The notes under the pieces: generated by a model
Databases searched by the model: none
Seen by the model: only the letters and a program-made list of their open reading frames with translations
What the model was told of the DNA's origin: nothing
Source: Octopus sinensis
Taxonomy: Eukaryota
Direction of reading: 5' to 3'
DNA length: 64,000 nucleotides
NCBI RefSeq assembly: GCF_006345805.1
Contig: NC_043016.1
Span: 16,616,001-16,680,000, forward strand
Position numbers and translations under genes: made by a program
In this document: piece after piece, positions 1 through 13,890 of the stretch
Layout of the letters: each line of letters starts with the position of its first letter
Numbering within the stretch: position 1 is the first letter of the stretch

Positions 1-601
1 TTATTATTATTTTTTTTTGGCCCCAGCCCAGGCAGATCCGACAACACACCAACACTAACTGACACACGTAGTAGCTATTTTTACTCATCCCCCACTCTAA
101 ACATCCGCCTCCAACCCACATTCACTCACACACACACACACACACATAGATAATCTTACGTAAATTAACAATAATAATTAATTAATAAATTACAACAATT
201 ATTTATTAATTATTATTATTATTATTATTATCATTATTATTATTATTGTTGTTGTTGTTGTTGTTGCTGTTGTTATTTCAGAGAGAGAACGAAAGACGAA
301 AATAGAATTTTTTAAAAAGTTAAACAGGAGTGGCTGTGTGGTAAGTAGCATGCTTACCAACCACATGGTTCCGGGTTCAGTTCCACTGCTGACCAAAGCC
401 TTGTGAGTAGATTTGGTAGACGGAAACTGAAAAGAAGCCCGTCGTGTAGATAGATATATATATGTATATAAAAGAAGCCCGTCGTGTAGATAGATATATA
501 TATGATAGATAGATATATATATGTATGTATGTATATATATATATACCGTTGGCGATTTTTTTTTCTCTGTCTTCCCTTCTCTGGATCTTTCTTTCTCCTA
601 T

Positions 602-636
602 GTTTCCGACGAGGAGCTCCGCTCGAAACGTTAAAC
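602..636 (+). ncRNA. Minimal type-I hammerhead ribozyme motif (family A; host repeat 545-742)
   Basis: GTTT-CCGACGA-G-GAGC(tcc)GCTC-GAAA-CG-TT-AAAC: stem I GTTT/AAAC, U4C core, stem II GAGC/GCTC, palindromic AACGTT helix III. Confidence 0.7.
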
Positions 637-743
637 CCTCCTTCTTTCCTTCTTTCCTGAGCGTCCAACAATAATACTATATTTGTTCCACGCCTCGCGT
701 TGTTGTGTTTTTTTTTTTTGTGCTTTCTTGTTTGGATTAACTT

Positions 744-780
<37 letters not shown>

Positions 781-788
781 ATATGTAC

Positions 789-839
<51 letters not shown>

Positions 840-843
840 TATA

Positions 844-891
<48 letters not shown>

Positions 892-969
892 GTATGTATA
901 TATGTACATATATATATATATATAATATATATATATATGTATGTATGTATGTATGTATATATATATGTA

Positions 970-1011
<42 letters not shown>

Positions 1012-1644
1012 GGCAGGCGCAGGAGTGGCTGTGTGGTAAGTGGCTTTCTTACCAACCATATGGTTCTGGGTTCAGTCCCACTGCATGGCACCTTGGGCAA
1101 GTGTCTTCTACTATATCCTCGAGCTGAGGGTTTTAAGGTTAGGGTTTTAGGATTAGTGTGGGGAAAAAGTCAAAATTGAAAAAGTTGGTGGAGAAAGGGT
1201 GGAAAAAAGTTTCACAATGCTGATTTTCTTTGCCAAAGAAAATTTTTTAAATAAACAAATTTAGGAGAAAATAGGGGTGGGGGATGGGCGGAAGTCTTTC
1301 CCAAAAAGGAAATTTTAAACAGTTACATTTTATGTAATGAAATAGTATATTCTTGATTATAGCATATAACTGGTCAGTTTCCGTCTACCAAATCCACTCG
1401 CAAGGCATTGGTCGGCCCATGGCTATAGTAGAAGACACTTGCCCAAGGTTCCACGCAGTGGGTTGTACCCGGAACCATGTGGTTGGTAAGCAAGTCACTT
1501 ACTACACAGCCACTCATGTGCCTATATATATATTCATTTCCAAAATAAATTATTATTATTATCAGCCATTATTATTATTATTATAAATAAATTATTACCA
1601 ATCATTATATTATTATAAATAATGTTATATAAATAAATTATTCA

Positions 1645-2762
1645 CTAAGCTGGCAGAATCGTTAGCAAGCTGGACAAAATGCTTAGCGGTGTTTTGCCCG
1701 TTGCTGCATTCTGAGTTCAAATTCCGCCAAGGTTGAATTTGCTTTTTATCCTTTCGGGGTCAATAAATTGATTATCAGTGAAACACTGGGGTCGATGTAA
1801 TCAACTACGTCCCTCCCCCTAATTTCAGGCCGAGTGCCTTTAGTAGAAAGGATTATTATTACTGTTATTAGCAGTCATTATTATTATTATAAATAATATT
1901 ATATAAATTATATATTATTTTTTATTTATGTGCCATTTTCAAGCCTAGCCAGGCTCATGGGCCCAGTTTCCCGGTTTCTGTGGCGTATGTTCCCCCCAGC
2001 TGGACAGGACGCAAGTCCATCGCAGCATTACCCAAGAAATGGGGAAAAAGTTGAGGTGAAAGAGTACAAGAGGGGTTGCCACCATCCCCTGCTGGAGCCT
2101 CGTGGAGCTTTAGGTGTTTTCGCTCAATAAACACACACAATCCCCGGTCTGGGAATCGAAACTGCGATCCTCCGACTGCAAGTCCGCTGCCCTAACCACT
2201 GGGCCATTGCGCCTCAACATATTATATTATATAATTATATAAATTATTATATTATATAAATAATATTAGGGTTATTATATATAGCATAAATTATTTGGTG
2301 AGGTGGCAGAATCGTTAGCACACTGGGCAAAATGCTTAGTGGCATTTCGTCCGTCTTTATGTTCTGAGTTCAAATTCCGCTGAGATCAACTTTGCTTTTC
2401 ATCCTTTCAGAATTGATGAAATAAGTACCAGTTATGCACTGAGGTTGATGTATTCAACTTATCCCTGCCCCCAAAATTTCAGGCCTTGTGCACTTAGTAG
2501 AAAGGATTATTATTATTATAAATAATATTATATAGATAAATTATTCGGTGAGCTGGCAGAATTGTTAGCACGCTGGGTGATGTGCTGAGTGGCATTTTGT
2601 CTGTCTTCATGTTCTGAGTTCAAGTTCCGCCGAGGTCGATTTTGCCTTTCATCCTTTCGGGGTCAATGATTAAGTACCAGTGAAACACTGGGGTCAATGA
2701 ATTCAACTTATCCCCTCCTCTGAAATTACAGGACTTGTGCGTATAGTAGAAAGGATTATTAT
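1645..2762 (+). mobile_element. Three copies of a SINE with GCCTTTCATCCTTTCGGGGTC central domain (1645-1860, 2297-2515, 2547-2762), plus a minus-strand tRNA-SINE at 1928-2217
   Basis: GAGCTGGCAGAATCGTTAG head, GAGTTCAAATTCC B-box, (ATT)n tails; a further copy lies on the minus strand at ~4255-4455. Confidence 0.85.
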
Positions 2763-3033
2763 TTTTTTTAATGTTATTGTTGCTTTGTTTTTTATGTGAA
2801 CCGTTCCAAGTTTTCTCCAGAGACCTTAAGTAACAGCAAGCTGTATGGTTTACTATGATTTATTTATGATTAGCAATGATATATTACAAGGAAAGGAGAC
2901 AGAAATCTGAGAGTTACGATTCTGTTAAATTTGTAATATTTGAGTTTTAAGAGAATCAGGTAGTTTGAAGTTGACAATGTTTTTCTTAAGATGTGTGCAG
3001 TATTTATGAGTACAACATTTTGTAGTTCTAATT

Positions 3034-3860
3034 CAGGGGTTCCAAACCATTTTTTTTTCTATGGACCCCTTTGATTTGATTACTATTTCATTCTGGTGGA
3101 CTACACCCCATCCCTGCCATTCCATGTTTAAAAATAGTTTTATAGAAACTTCTTTCAAAATTCCTATTTTGTAGGCTGAACTATGTAGTGTTAGTGAAAG
3201 AAATCTAAATGTTTTTTGCAATACATAACCAATACATACATCTACAGCAGGGGTTCTCACCTATTCTTATCTGTGGACCCCTTCGATCACTATTTTATTC
3301 TAGTGGACCCCCAAAGCCATTCGATGTTTAAAAACTAATTTCATAGAAACTTCATTCAAATTTTCTTATTTTGTTTTTCACACATCAACTTGTGTAGGTT
3401 GAACAATATAAAATGTTAGGAAAAGAAACCCAGCTGTTTCTTGCAATAAAGACCAATACATACCTCTGAAGCAGGGGTTCTTAACTATTTCTTATATGTG
3501 GACCCCCTTAGCCATTCGATGTTTAAAAACTAGTTTCATAGAAACTTCTTTCAAAATTCCTGTTTTGTCTTTCACACATCAACTTGTGTAGGTTGAACAA
3601 TGTAAAATGTCAGAGAAAGAAACCTATTACACCATACCATTTTATAATATTGACACCTTGGAAGATATAGAGCATGTCATAGAAAAATGGCTTAAACAAC
3701 TTTATATTAAACGTCTGCTCTCTCAAACGTTCTTATTGATATATATATATATATTTTATTTAAAAAAAACATCTATTTTATTATGTATTAGCAGTGTTTT
3801 TTTTTTTTTTTTCATTGTTCAATAGAATATCTTTTTAATTTCCTGGAACCACATTTCTGG
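3034..3860 (+). repeat. Three tandem ~220-bp units each starting with a hAT-type terminus (CAGGGGTTC)
   Basis: CAGGGGTTC..ACC...TGGACCCC...GTTTAAAAA.TAGTTT at 3034, 3248 and 3472. Confidence 0.7.
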
Positions 3861-4140
3861 CAGTAATTAAATGTCTGATTAGATCTACTCCCTTTTTATT
3901 TAACTGCATTTTTGGTAAAGTAATGTATTAAAAAAAAACAAAAAAAAAATTTTCTTTTTACTGTCAGAATTATGAATACATTGCTAGCGAGAGGGGTGAA
4001 CCACCTCAACGAGCAGCTAAATTAATATTATTATTATTTATTCATTTATATGTTTGTTTTAATTATTTTTCTTTTGACCCTGAACAACAAACGCACCCAC
4101 CTCCATCATTGCAATCTTTCTGCTGCCTAAACAAGCTGGT

Positions 4141-4230
4141 TTATCGGTTGTCTTCAAGAATCACGACTTGGTTGGGGTACGTGTCACACTGTACAAACAG
4201 ATAGCGATATTCATATTTCCCATTTTCATT
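4141..4230 (-). CDS. TIMM21: Terminal coding exon of mitochondrial inner-membrane translocase subunit Tim21 homolog
   Basis: Minus-strand acceptor tttaattcag, then NENGKYEYRYLFVQCDTYPNQVVILEDNR*. This resembles the TIMM21 C-terminus (G.YDFRYIFVE..SYPRRTIIIEDNR). AATAAA on the minus strand at 3900-3895. Upstream exons were not located. Confidence 0.8.
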   Translation of the reverse strand, partial: NENGKYEYRYLFVQCDTYPNQVVILEDNR

Positions 4231-4867
4231 CTGAATTAAATAAATAAATAATAACAATAATAAGGATTTAAAATTTCGGCAAAAGGCCAGCAATTTTGTG
4301 GGAGCGGGTAAGTTGATTACATCGACCCCCCCCCCCAGTGTTCCACTGCTGCTTATTTTATCGACCCTGAAGGAGTGAAGAGCAAGGTCGACCTCGGCAG
4401 AATTTGAACGAAGTGCCACTGAGCATTTGGCCTGGTGTGCTAACAATTCAACCAGCTTGATTTATTATAAGAGAACCATCCGATCGTGGCTGTTGCCAGC
4501 CTCCGTGCCGGTGGCACGTAAAAAGCACCATCCGATCATGGCCGTTTGCCAGCTTCGTCTGGCACGTAAAAAGCACCCACTACACTCATGGAGTGGTTGG
4601 CATTAGGAAGGGCATCCAGCCGTAGAAACATTGTCAGATCAGACTGGACCTGGTGCAGCCTTCTGGCTCGCCAGACCCCAGTTGCACCGTCCAACCCATG
4701 CCAGCATGGAAAGCGGACGCTAAACGATGATGATGATGATATATGTATATATATATGTAAGTATGTTTGTATATATATGTATATATATGTGTGTGTATGT
4801 ATATATTCAAAATGTGACCACGTGTGTACCGTTGGCGATTTTTTTTTTCTGTCTTCCCTTCTCCTAT

Positions 4868-4902
4868 GTTTCCGGCGAAGAGCTCCGCTCGAAACGTTAA
4901 AC
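4868..4902 (+). ncRNA. Family A hammerhead motif, core-mutated copy
   Basis: GTTT-CCGGCGA-A-GAGC(tcc)GCTC-GAAA-CG-TT-AAAC; A6G change is probably inactivating. Confidence 0.55.
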
Positions 4903-6100
4903 TCTCCTTCTTCCCTTCCTTATATAGGGGGGAATTCACAAAAATATAAAGTTTCTGATAGATTTTCTTATCCAGATAAGAGGAAAAAATCTATCAGAAA
5001 GAAACTCTATCTCTCTTAAAAAAACATCTTTTGATAAGCATAACAAATGCGCAACCGGTAAAAAGAACTTTCACCTAATTAAATTACTTAAATTACTTAA
5101 ATTATTTTGTCAGCATTTTCTTCATTTCCTTTTTTATATATATATATATATATTATACTCTTTTACTTGTTTCAGTCATTTGACTGCGGCCATGCTGGAG
5201 CACCGCCTTTAGTCGAGCAAATCGGCCCTGGGACTTATTCTTTGTAAGCCCAGTACTTATTCTATCGGTCTTTTTTGCCGAACCGCTAAGTAACGGGGAT
5301 ATAAACACACCAGCATCAGTTGTCAAGCAATGCTAGGGGGACAAACACAGACACACAAACATACACACACACATATATATATATACATATATACGACGTA
5401 CTTCTTTCAGTTTCCGTCTACCAAATCCACCCATATGGCTTTGGTCGCCCCGAGGCTATAGCAGAAGACACTTGCCCAAGATGCCACGCAGTGGGACTGA
5501 ACCCGGAACCATGTGGTTGGTAAGCAAGCTACTTACCCCACAGCCACTCCTATGCCTATATATATATATATACGATGGGCTTCTTTCAGTTTCTGTCTCC
5601 CAAATCCACTCACAAGGCTTTGGTCGGCCTGAGGCTATAGTAGAAACACTTACCCAACACAGTGGGACTGAACACGGAACCATGTGGTTGGTAAGCAAGC
5701 TACTTACCACACAGCCACTCCTGCGCCTATTATATATTATATTAATTATATATATTATTTGTTATTTATGTATTGGTTTATGTCTATCACTGTTTGAGCT
5801 GCATCATAGTGGTTTTATCTCTAATTCATATTTTATATATATATACAACTAATGTAGGATAAAATTTTTTCTGAAAAAAATTTTATCAATGGCCAGCATA
5901 TCAAAAAATACCTTTAAAGGTTAAATTTATAAATAATTTACAAGATAAGGGCAAAAGAAAAATTCTAATGCCAGATATGCCGAAAAAAGACAATAATTGC
6001 GAATAATATATGTATGCATATATGTATATATACATAGATGGAAAGTAAAAGAAGCCTTTCATATACAATATATATATATATATATATATATATAGATATA

Positions 6101-6131
<31 letters not shown>

Positions 6132-6549
6132 GGTGTTGGAGTGGCTGTGTGGTAAGTAGCTTGCTTACCAACCACATGGTTCCGGCTTCAGTGCCATGCA
6201 GTGTCTTCTATATAGGCCTCGGGCCGACCAAAGCCTTGTGGGTACATATGGTAGACGGAAACTATAAGAAGCCTGTTGTGTGTGTATATATACATACATT
6301 GTGCGTCTGTGTTTCTCACCCACCATCGCTTGACAACCGACGCCCGGTCTGGGGATCGAAACTGCAATCCTACGACCACGTGTTGTCTGCCCTAACCACT
6401 GGGCCATTGCACCTCCACCCCTAAATAACATCACTAAAGGAAAGCATGAATTGCATTGATTTAGCTTCAGCTAGGAACACCTGAAAAGATTATGGACACT
6501 GTCCCATTTTCGTTGACTGAAACATCAATGACAGTTGTTTGTCTGCAGG

Positions 6550-6597
6550 TAATAAAAATAATAATAAGAAAACTAATAATGATAATAATAAAAATAA

Positions 6598-6629
<32 letters not shown>

Positions 6630-6815
6630 ATGATACTGATGATGATGGTGGTGGTGGTGGTGGTGGTGGTGGTGGTGATGATAAGAAAAAGAAGAAGACA
6701 GCAGAATAATAATAATAATAATAAACATAAAATAAAAATAATAATATTAATAATAAGGACAACAACAACAATACTATTAATAATGATAAATAACAACAGC
6801 AACAACAACAACAAC

Positions 6816-6848
<33 letters not shown>

Positions 6849-6875
6849 AAGAAGAAGAAGAAGAAGAAGAAAAAT
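6550..6875. repeat. Compound trinucleotide microsatellite (AAT/GTA/GAT/GGT/AAC/AAG)
   Basis: Read directly from the sequence. Confidence 0.95.
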
Positions 6876-7434
6876 GAAATGAGAAAAAGAAATTAAAACA
6901 CTTGTGTGAGGCATGTGAAGAATGAGTAACATATTTCACAGTTGAACGGTTGATAACAAAGAAAAAATAACAATCTGTAAAAAATACACTGGCTATGACT
7001 GCGCTCGAATATTTTTCACAAACCACCGGCACAAGTGCCAGTAATGGGGCACTGGTAACAATCACGCTTGAATGGTGCTTTTTACGTGCCACCCGGCATG
7101 GAAGCCAGTCAGCTGCTCTGGCACAGATTGCACTCGGATGGTGCCCTCAGCACTCCACTAGCACAGATGCATATCATTTTATATATTTTAACCCCTAGTC
7201 CAAAACTGCCCCACATCTCAGCAAACCGCAAGATGACCTCACTACTTCTGGTGGCACAAAAACAAAAAGCATTTGGTAGACCCTGTAAAGTGTAGTTAAG
7301 AAGAATAACCAACCATTAAAACCAGGGCAATGCAAACATTGGAACACCGTGTAGTTATCAAATGTTTCGGATCCTGTGAAACCACACAAATCATACCAGG
7401 GTATAAAATGATGATGATATATATATATATATAT

Positions 7435-7777
7435 AGGTGCAGGAGTGGCTGTGTGGTAAGTAGCTTGCTTACCAACCACGTAGTTCCGGGTTCAGTCCCA
7501 CTGCGTGGAACCTTGGGCAAGTGTCTTCTACTATAGCCTCATGTCGACCAAAGCCTATGAGTGGATTTGAGAGACGGGAACTGAAAGAAGCCCATCGTAT
7601 ATATATATATATATAGGTATAGGAGTGGCTGTGTGGTAAGTAGCTTGCTTACGAACCACATGGTTCCGGGTTCAGTCCCACCGCGTGGCACCTTGGGCAA
7701 GTGTCTTCTACTATAGCCTCAGGCCGACCAAAGCCTTGTGAGTGGATTTGGGAGACGGAAACTGAAAGAAGACCATC

Positions 7778-7830
<53 letters not shown>

Positions 7831-8212
7831 TATAGGAGTGGCTGTGTGGTAAGTAGCTTGCTTATGAACACATGGTTCCGGGTTCAGTCCCACTACGTGG
7901 CACCTTGGGCAAGTGTCTTCTACTATAGCCTCAAGCCGACCAAAGCCTTGTTAGTGGATTTGGTAGACGGAAACTGAAAGAAACCCATCGTATATATGTA
8001 TACATATATATGTATGTGTTTGTCCCCGCAACATTGCTTGACATTGCTGGTGTGTTTACGTCCCCGTAACTTAGTGGTTCGGCCTAAGAGACCGATAGAA
8101 TAAGTACTAAGCTTACAAAGAATAAGTCCTGGGATCAATTTGCTCAACTAAAGGTGGTGCTCCAGCATGACCACAGTCAAATGACTGAAACAAATAAAAG
8201 AGAGTAAAGAGT
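7435..8212 (+). mobile_element. tRNA-derived SINE, three 5' modules in tandem plus one 3' module (dominant family, many copies in the window)
   Basis: A-box TGGCTGTGTGG, B-box GGTTCAGTCC, internal (TA)n, 3' end CAAATGACTGAAACAAGTAAAAGAG. Other copies include 5157-5730(-), 14225-14670(-), 21229-21627, 27940-28412, 34057-34432, 48695-49255(-), 54851-55245 and 58525-58845. Confidence 0.9.
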
Positions 8213-8900
8213 ATATATAAAATTCGCCGACTGGCATCCATGCTAGTATAGCGCTAAGAGCACCATCCAAGCGTGTTTATTGCTAGAGCAGCTGACTGGC
8301 TTCTGTGAAGGTGGCACATAAAATACACCATTTGAGCCAGTCCCACTGGACTGGCTCCTGTGCAGAAAGCACGTAAAAAACACCATTTTCGAGCGTGGCC
8401 ATTGTCAGTACTGCCTGACTGGCCCTTGTGCCGGTAGCACCTAAGAGCACCCACTACACTCTTGTAGTGGTTGGCGTTAGGAAGGGCATTAAACGATGAT
8501 GATGACTATTATGTATATAGAACCCTTTATCATTTGTGGTTGGCATTAGGAAGGGCATCCAGCTGTAGAAACTCTGCCAGATCAGATTGTAGCCAGGTGT
8601 AGCCATCAGGTTCACCAGTCCTCAGTCAAATCATCCAACCCATGCCAGGGTAGAAAGCGGACGTTAGATGATGATGATGCATATATATAAATAGTACATA
8701 GATAGGATTACAATCCAAGCTTTGTCCTGGAGAAACACATCCATAGAATCAAAAATTCCGGGACTAGTGTCCTTCATGAGGCAGATTGCTGAGTGACATC
8801 ACTGTGCTTACACAGTTCTATATTTAAGAGATGAGGAATTATGTACATTATTTACATTATTTACAATTGACGGATATTTGTCCTCATCTTGTTTGTTGTT

Positions 8901-8946
8901 AACACAACATTTCGGCTGATATACCCTCCAGCCTTCTTCAGGTGTC
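8901..8946 (-). ncRNA. Type-I hammerhead motif (family B; host repeat ~8812-8960)
   Basis: Minus strand GACAC-CTGAAGA-A-GGCTG(gagggtatat)CAGCC-GAAA-TG-TT-GTGTT. Confidence 0.7.
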
Positions 8947-10366
8947 TTGGGAAATTTCAAAGCCTTGTGAGTGGATTTGGTAGACAGAAACTGAAAGAAA
9001 CCCATCGTATATATATATATATTATATATATATATATGTGTGTAGGCACAGGAGTGACTGGGTGGTAAGTAGCTTGCTTACCAACCACATGGTTCCAGGT
9101 TCACTCTCACTGAGTGACACCTTGGGCAAGTGTCTTCTATTATATAGCCTTGGGCCAATCAAAGCCTTGTGAGTAGATTTAGTAAACGGAAACTGAAAGA
9201 AGCCCGTCATATATATTTATATATATGTGTATATATATATATATATGTATAAGTTCAGCAAGTTCCTGAAACTCATATCTACAACTTTATTGGTATATTT
9301 ACACTCTCTAAGATGTTACTCATTGATTTGAGAACTTTACATTATTGGAAAACCTATATGAAATTAGCTGAAGATTACTTGACATATTATATTTGCTGTA
9401 ATATTTGCAGCTTTAATAAATTGTTATAGTATGAAACAATTGTACTAAATTACCGGATCCATTCTTGTTGCTTATTTTTTGGTTATATATATATATATAT
9501 ATATATAAGAGACCGATAGTATCACAGCTACAATTTCCATTGATGTTGATCGATTTTGATTTTGATTTTGATTTTTGATTTTTGATTATCACTTGCTTCA
9601 ACAGGTCTTCACAAGTAGGGTTTGTGTCACAAGAAGGAAAGGTATGCATAAGTGGGCTGGCTACGTCCCAGGTGTGTGTGTATATGTTTGTGTGTCTGTG
9701 TTTGTCTCCCCAACATCGCTTTACAACCAATGCTGGTGTGTTTACATCCCTCTAACCTAGCAGTTCAGCATAAGAGACCGATAGAATAGTACTAGGCTTA
9801 CAAAGAATAAGTCCAGGGGTCAATTTGCTTGACGAAAGGCACTGCTCCAGCATGGCCGCAGTCAAATAACTGCAACAAGTAAAAGCGTAAAGAGCAAATC
9901 GAGAGTATAATTTACATATAAGTTACATGCAAAAATGAAGAGATAAACCAATTATATGAATTTTATATTTAATTATTACAACCATGGAAGAATGTAAAAT
10001 CAAAATTCATCTCAGCAGGATTTGAACTTGGAACACATCACTAATGTTTCTTTCATTTGCCACTGAGAAATCAGTGGTGGGAACATTATAAGGACAGTTT
10101 ATTATTTGTGCGGGGTTTACATAAAGAGATGAGTGAAGAAATGGATAGGACGGGTAAATAAGATTAAAAACAGCTGTTCTCCTATTTTGGGGCACAAGAT
10201 CTGAAAATATTGAGGCTAGGAGAAGACGATTGGATTGTCTTCAGTGCCCAACTGGTATTTATTTGATCAACCCTGAAAAAAAATAGATAAAGATAACCTG
10301 AGTGTGATTTGAACTCTGAATGCAAAGAACTGGAGCGAAGACATTTTTTCAGATGTGTTAATGAGT

Positions 10367-11560
10367 CTAGTTAGTTAGTTAGTTAATTTTTTGGCTCAAA
10401 AAGCAAAAAGCAAGGCTATGTAGGGGGACATGGAGTTATGTACAGGGTGGTGTTCATGCAAAGAGTTCAGGCCATTTGTGGTCAACGGATACTTTGAACC
10501 GAGCGGTCGTCGGCATCTTCACCATCTCATCCGGCAGCTTATTCCACAGATCCGCAACCCGGACGGAGAAAGCCCCTCTCCTTCGATTGAGATGAAATCG
10601 TCGCAGATAGAGCTTTTCGGAGTGACCCCGCAGCCGACACTCTAGAGCAGGAGTGAAGAACAGCTCTTTCGAGAGGTTACACTTTCCGCTTATGATGTGG
10701 AGCAAGAATGAGATCACCACGCGGCGGCGGCGTTTTTTCGAGAGAGAGAATAAGGTCGAGCGTCTTCAGCCTTTCTTCATAAGACAAATACTTGAGACCA
10801 AGAACCATGCGGGTAGCCAGCTTCTGGACTCTTTTGAGATGATGTATGTCTTTAAGGAGATAAGGAGAAGAGGCTTGAATCCCGTACTCCAATATGGGTC
10901 TCACCAGCATGACATAGAGCGGTAGGAATATGGCTGCTGTGAGCATTCCGAATGACTGTTGAATCAAAAACAGAACTCCACGTGCTTTGTTGGCAGCATG
11001 AACGCACTTGGCCGAAGGCGAAAAGGAAGAATGCACCAAGATACCCAGGTCCTTTACCTGGTCGGTCCTCTCCAACAGCAGATGGCCCGGCTCGAAATCA
11101 AGTTGAGTTGCAGGAGAAGAGCCAACAGGCAGATGACAGCACTTTGACACGTTCAGACACAGGTCCCATTCGTTAGACCATCTCCAAACTTGGTGGAGGC
11201 ATCGACGAAGATCCTCTATATCACCACGAGGAGCGACCAGTTTGACATCATCGGCAAATAGAAGGGTGTGTTGCGTGAGGTCATCAGGCAAGTCATTTAT
11301 GAAGACTAAGAACAATAAGGGCCCAAGCACTCAACCTTGAGGCACGCCACTGCTCGCACTGGAGACGTCGGACAGCGAACCATTAACTTGGACTTCCAAT
11401 CTAAGCATTGGAGGTACAGATCTATCAAATGGAGGGGGTTCATGACCATCATCTTGTTTGAAAATAGTTGAAAAAGCCTCGGCAAATAACTGACTCTGTT
11501 TATAAGGGTCCTCAATCGATACGCCTGTTGAGTCTACCAATGTTGCAATTTGGTTGCAAT
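10367..11560 (-). mobile_element. CR1/L2-group LINE fragment with (CTAA)n tail and internal deletion
   Basis: ORFs 11331-11540 (SGVPQG), 10677-11330 (LGPLLFLVFINDL, FADD, KDLGI) and 10454-10720 (FSVRVADLWNKLP); (ttag)n at 10367-10386. Confidence 0.9.
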
Positions 11561-12404
11561 GTTTACCTGTCTGTGTAATAATGATATCAATAATTCTTTA
11601 TTGACTATAAGCGCCAAAATACATAGAAAATGATCAGCGGGAATTCCACAGGTTCCCTCAACCCTGGCCGTTGAGGGAACCTGTGGAAGAGGTAGACCCA
11701 GGAAGACCTGGGATGAAGTGGTGAAGCATGCCCTTCAAACATTAGGCCTCATTGAGGCCTCTTCTTTGGAAATGTGCTGTGCGTGAGAAGACCCAGCAAG
11801 CCAAGTGAGAGCATAACCAGTGGCCCATGCCAGGGGTGTAACCAGCCCACTTATGCATACCTTTCCATTATTGGACACTAAACTTTGCTTGCGAAGACCT
11901 GTTGAGGCAAGTGAAATTGAAATTGAAATCAAATTCAATGACCAGCATCCGTGTTAGTGGAGCGCTAAGAGCACCATCCAAGTAGGATTGTTTCCAGAAA
12001 ATAAAGAAATAACAGTAATAACGTTTAATAAATGTTGCTTACTGCAAGTTATGGATGATTCTTTTATGATTTCATTGCTTTTAGGCTTAGCTTAAGGTAT
12101 TTTCGTGCTCGACATCACAAAATGCGTCTGAATAAACATTGCCAGACAGCAAATAGAGACTCGGACATTGCTTAGAAAATATTTTTCATTTTTAACCTGG
12201 TATATAGTACGCACTAGGAATTTTGACCTTTAAATTTTGGGAGAAAATGCGGATTATACTTGAGGATTTATGGTAGATGAAATCGAGGTTCTTAGGGTTT
12301 TTCTAGGCTTAGTCAGAGATTTTAGAAAGTACATAATGTTAAGTTATAAATATAATGTCTAAAAGTTGATGAATACACCTTCTAATCCCCTTCATTTTCT
12401 TATT

Positions 12405-12475
<71 letters not shown>

Positions 12476-12651
12476 AGGAAGGCATCCAGCTGTAGAAACA
12501 CTGTCAGATCTGACTGGCCTGGTGCAGCCTTCGAGCTTGCCAGACCCCAGTTGAACCGTCCAACCCATGCTAGCATGGAAAGCGGACGTTGAACGATGAT
12601 GATGATGATGATATATATATGTATATATATATATATATGTATGTATATATG

Positions 12652-12696
<45 letters not shown>

Positions 12697-13842
12697 ATAA
12701 GATCAGATATATGTAGTGAATCTTGCATGCATGAAGTGGATTCGATCCACCACAGCCAAATTTAAATTAACACTGCAACAGAACTTTTCCCACGATGGAA
12801 CAATGGTTTTTTTTCTGACAGCAGTTTTACATTTTCCAGATGCCTTTAGCTAGGCCGAAATAATGCCTTCACCACTTGACCCTTTCTAACCTCTTCTACT
12901 TCACCAAAAGCTAGAATAGAGATAACAAGACCACCAATTAAATCTATTGTTCTCAATGATATATCTATCCTTCTGGATCTTAATAAAAGCAAGCACATCT
13001 CAAGCAAAAATCAGTTAGTCACCACTCTGTGATGACTCAACGTGGTCTGGCTGACCAACATTGGTCAGAGGGAGAAATGGAGTTTACTGCCAGCAACTGT
13101 CAGACAACACTCTACAATTCTTTCTAGCTCTAATTCTGTTCTCTTACAACATCATTCTATCTCTCTCTGTGTTTACTACTAAACAATGAAGAGGACACAA
13201 ACACAAACTTTACTTTGCATGCTTTTGGATGTATCAAAACCTGCCCATCAAGACAAGTTATTTGTAACGTAACGGTAAATAAATATTTCCTTAAAACTTC
13301 ATGCATTATTCATCTTACAATATGCAATTATAACAATAAATTCTTATCTTCGCAACTGCTGACCACAACAAATCTTAATAATGTTTACCAATCCATTTTT
13401 GTCATTACACATACACACACATATATAACTTATAAACAAGGGCTAAAGAAAATTATTTCTATGCCAATATGCTGATAACAGACTTTTAAATCGTCAATTT
13501 CCATATATTATATACCCACTACAGAAATTACGTGGTGCTGAAATCGAGGAAAGCGAGCCAACAGAGTTTTAAAAAAATATAGAAATAACGAACTTTTAAA
13601 AAAAACTCTGTTGGCTCGCTTTCTTCGATTTCAGTACAACGTATTTCTGTAGTGGGTATATAATATATGGAAATTGACGATTTAAAAGTCTGTTATCAGC
13701 ATATTGGCATGGAAGTAATTTCCTTTTGCCCTTGTTTATAAGTTGTTTATAATTTTAACCTTTAAAGGTATTTTAATATGCTGCCACTTTTTGATGAATT
13801 TTTTTTCTGTAAAAAAACTTCATCTTATATTAGTAGTAGATG

Positions 13843-13890
<48 letters not shown>

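Noticed and set aside
354-1179. Long Y/I/H/T-rich ORFs (also 45316-46097 and 57997-58675)
   Set aside because: They are translations of (TA)n/(CA)n microsatellites and SINEs, not genes.
6471-6548. Possible + strand exon LGTPEKIMDTVPFSLTETSMTVVCLQ (cag...CAG|GTAATA), perhaps joined to 7199 onward
   Set aside because: No recognisable homology, an equally plausible minus-strand reading, and stops in the candidate next exon.
12850-12960. Minus-strand reading containing AFGEV, reminiscent of the MRCK glycine-rich loop
   Set aside because: It is on the wrong strand and upstream of exon 1, lacks GxG, and has no following VAVVK/AMK motif.
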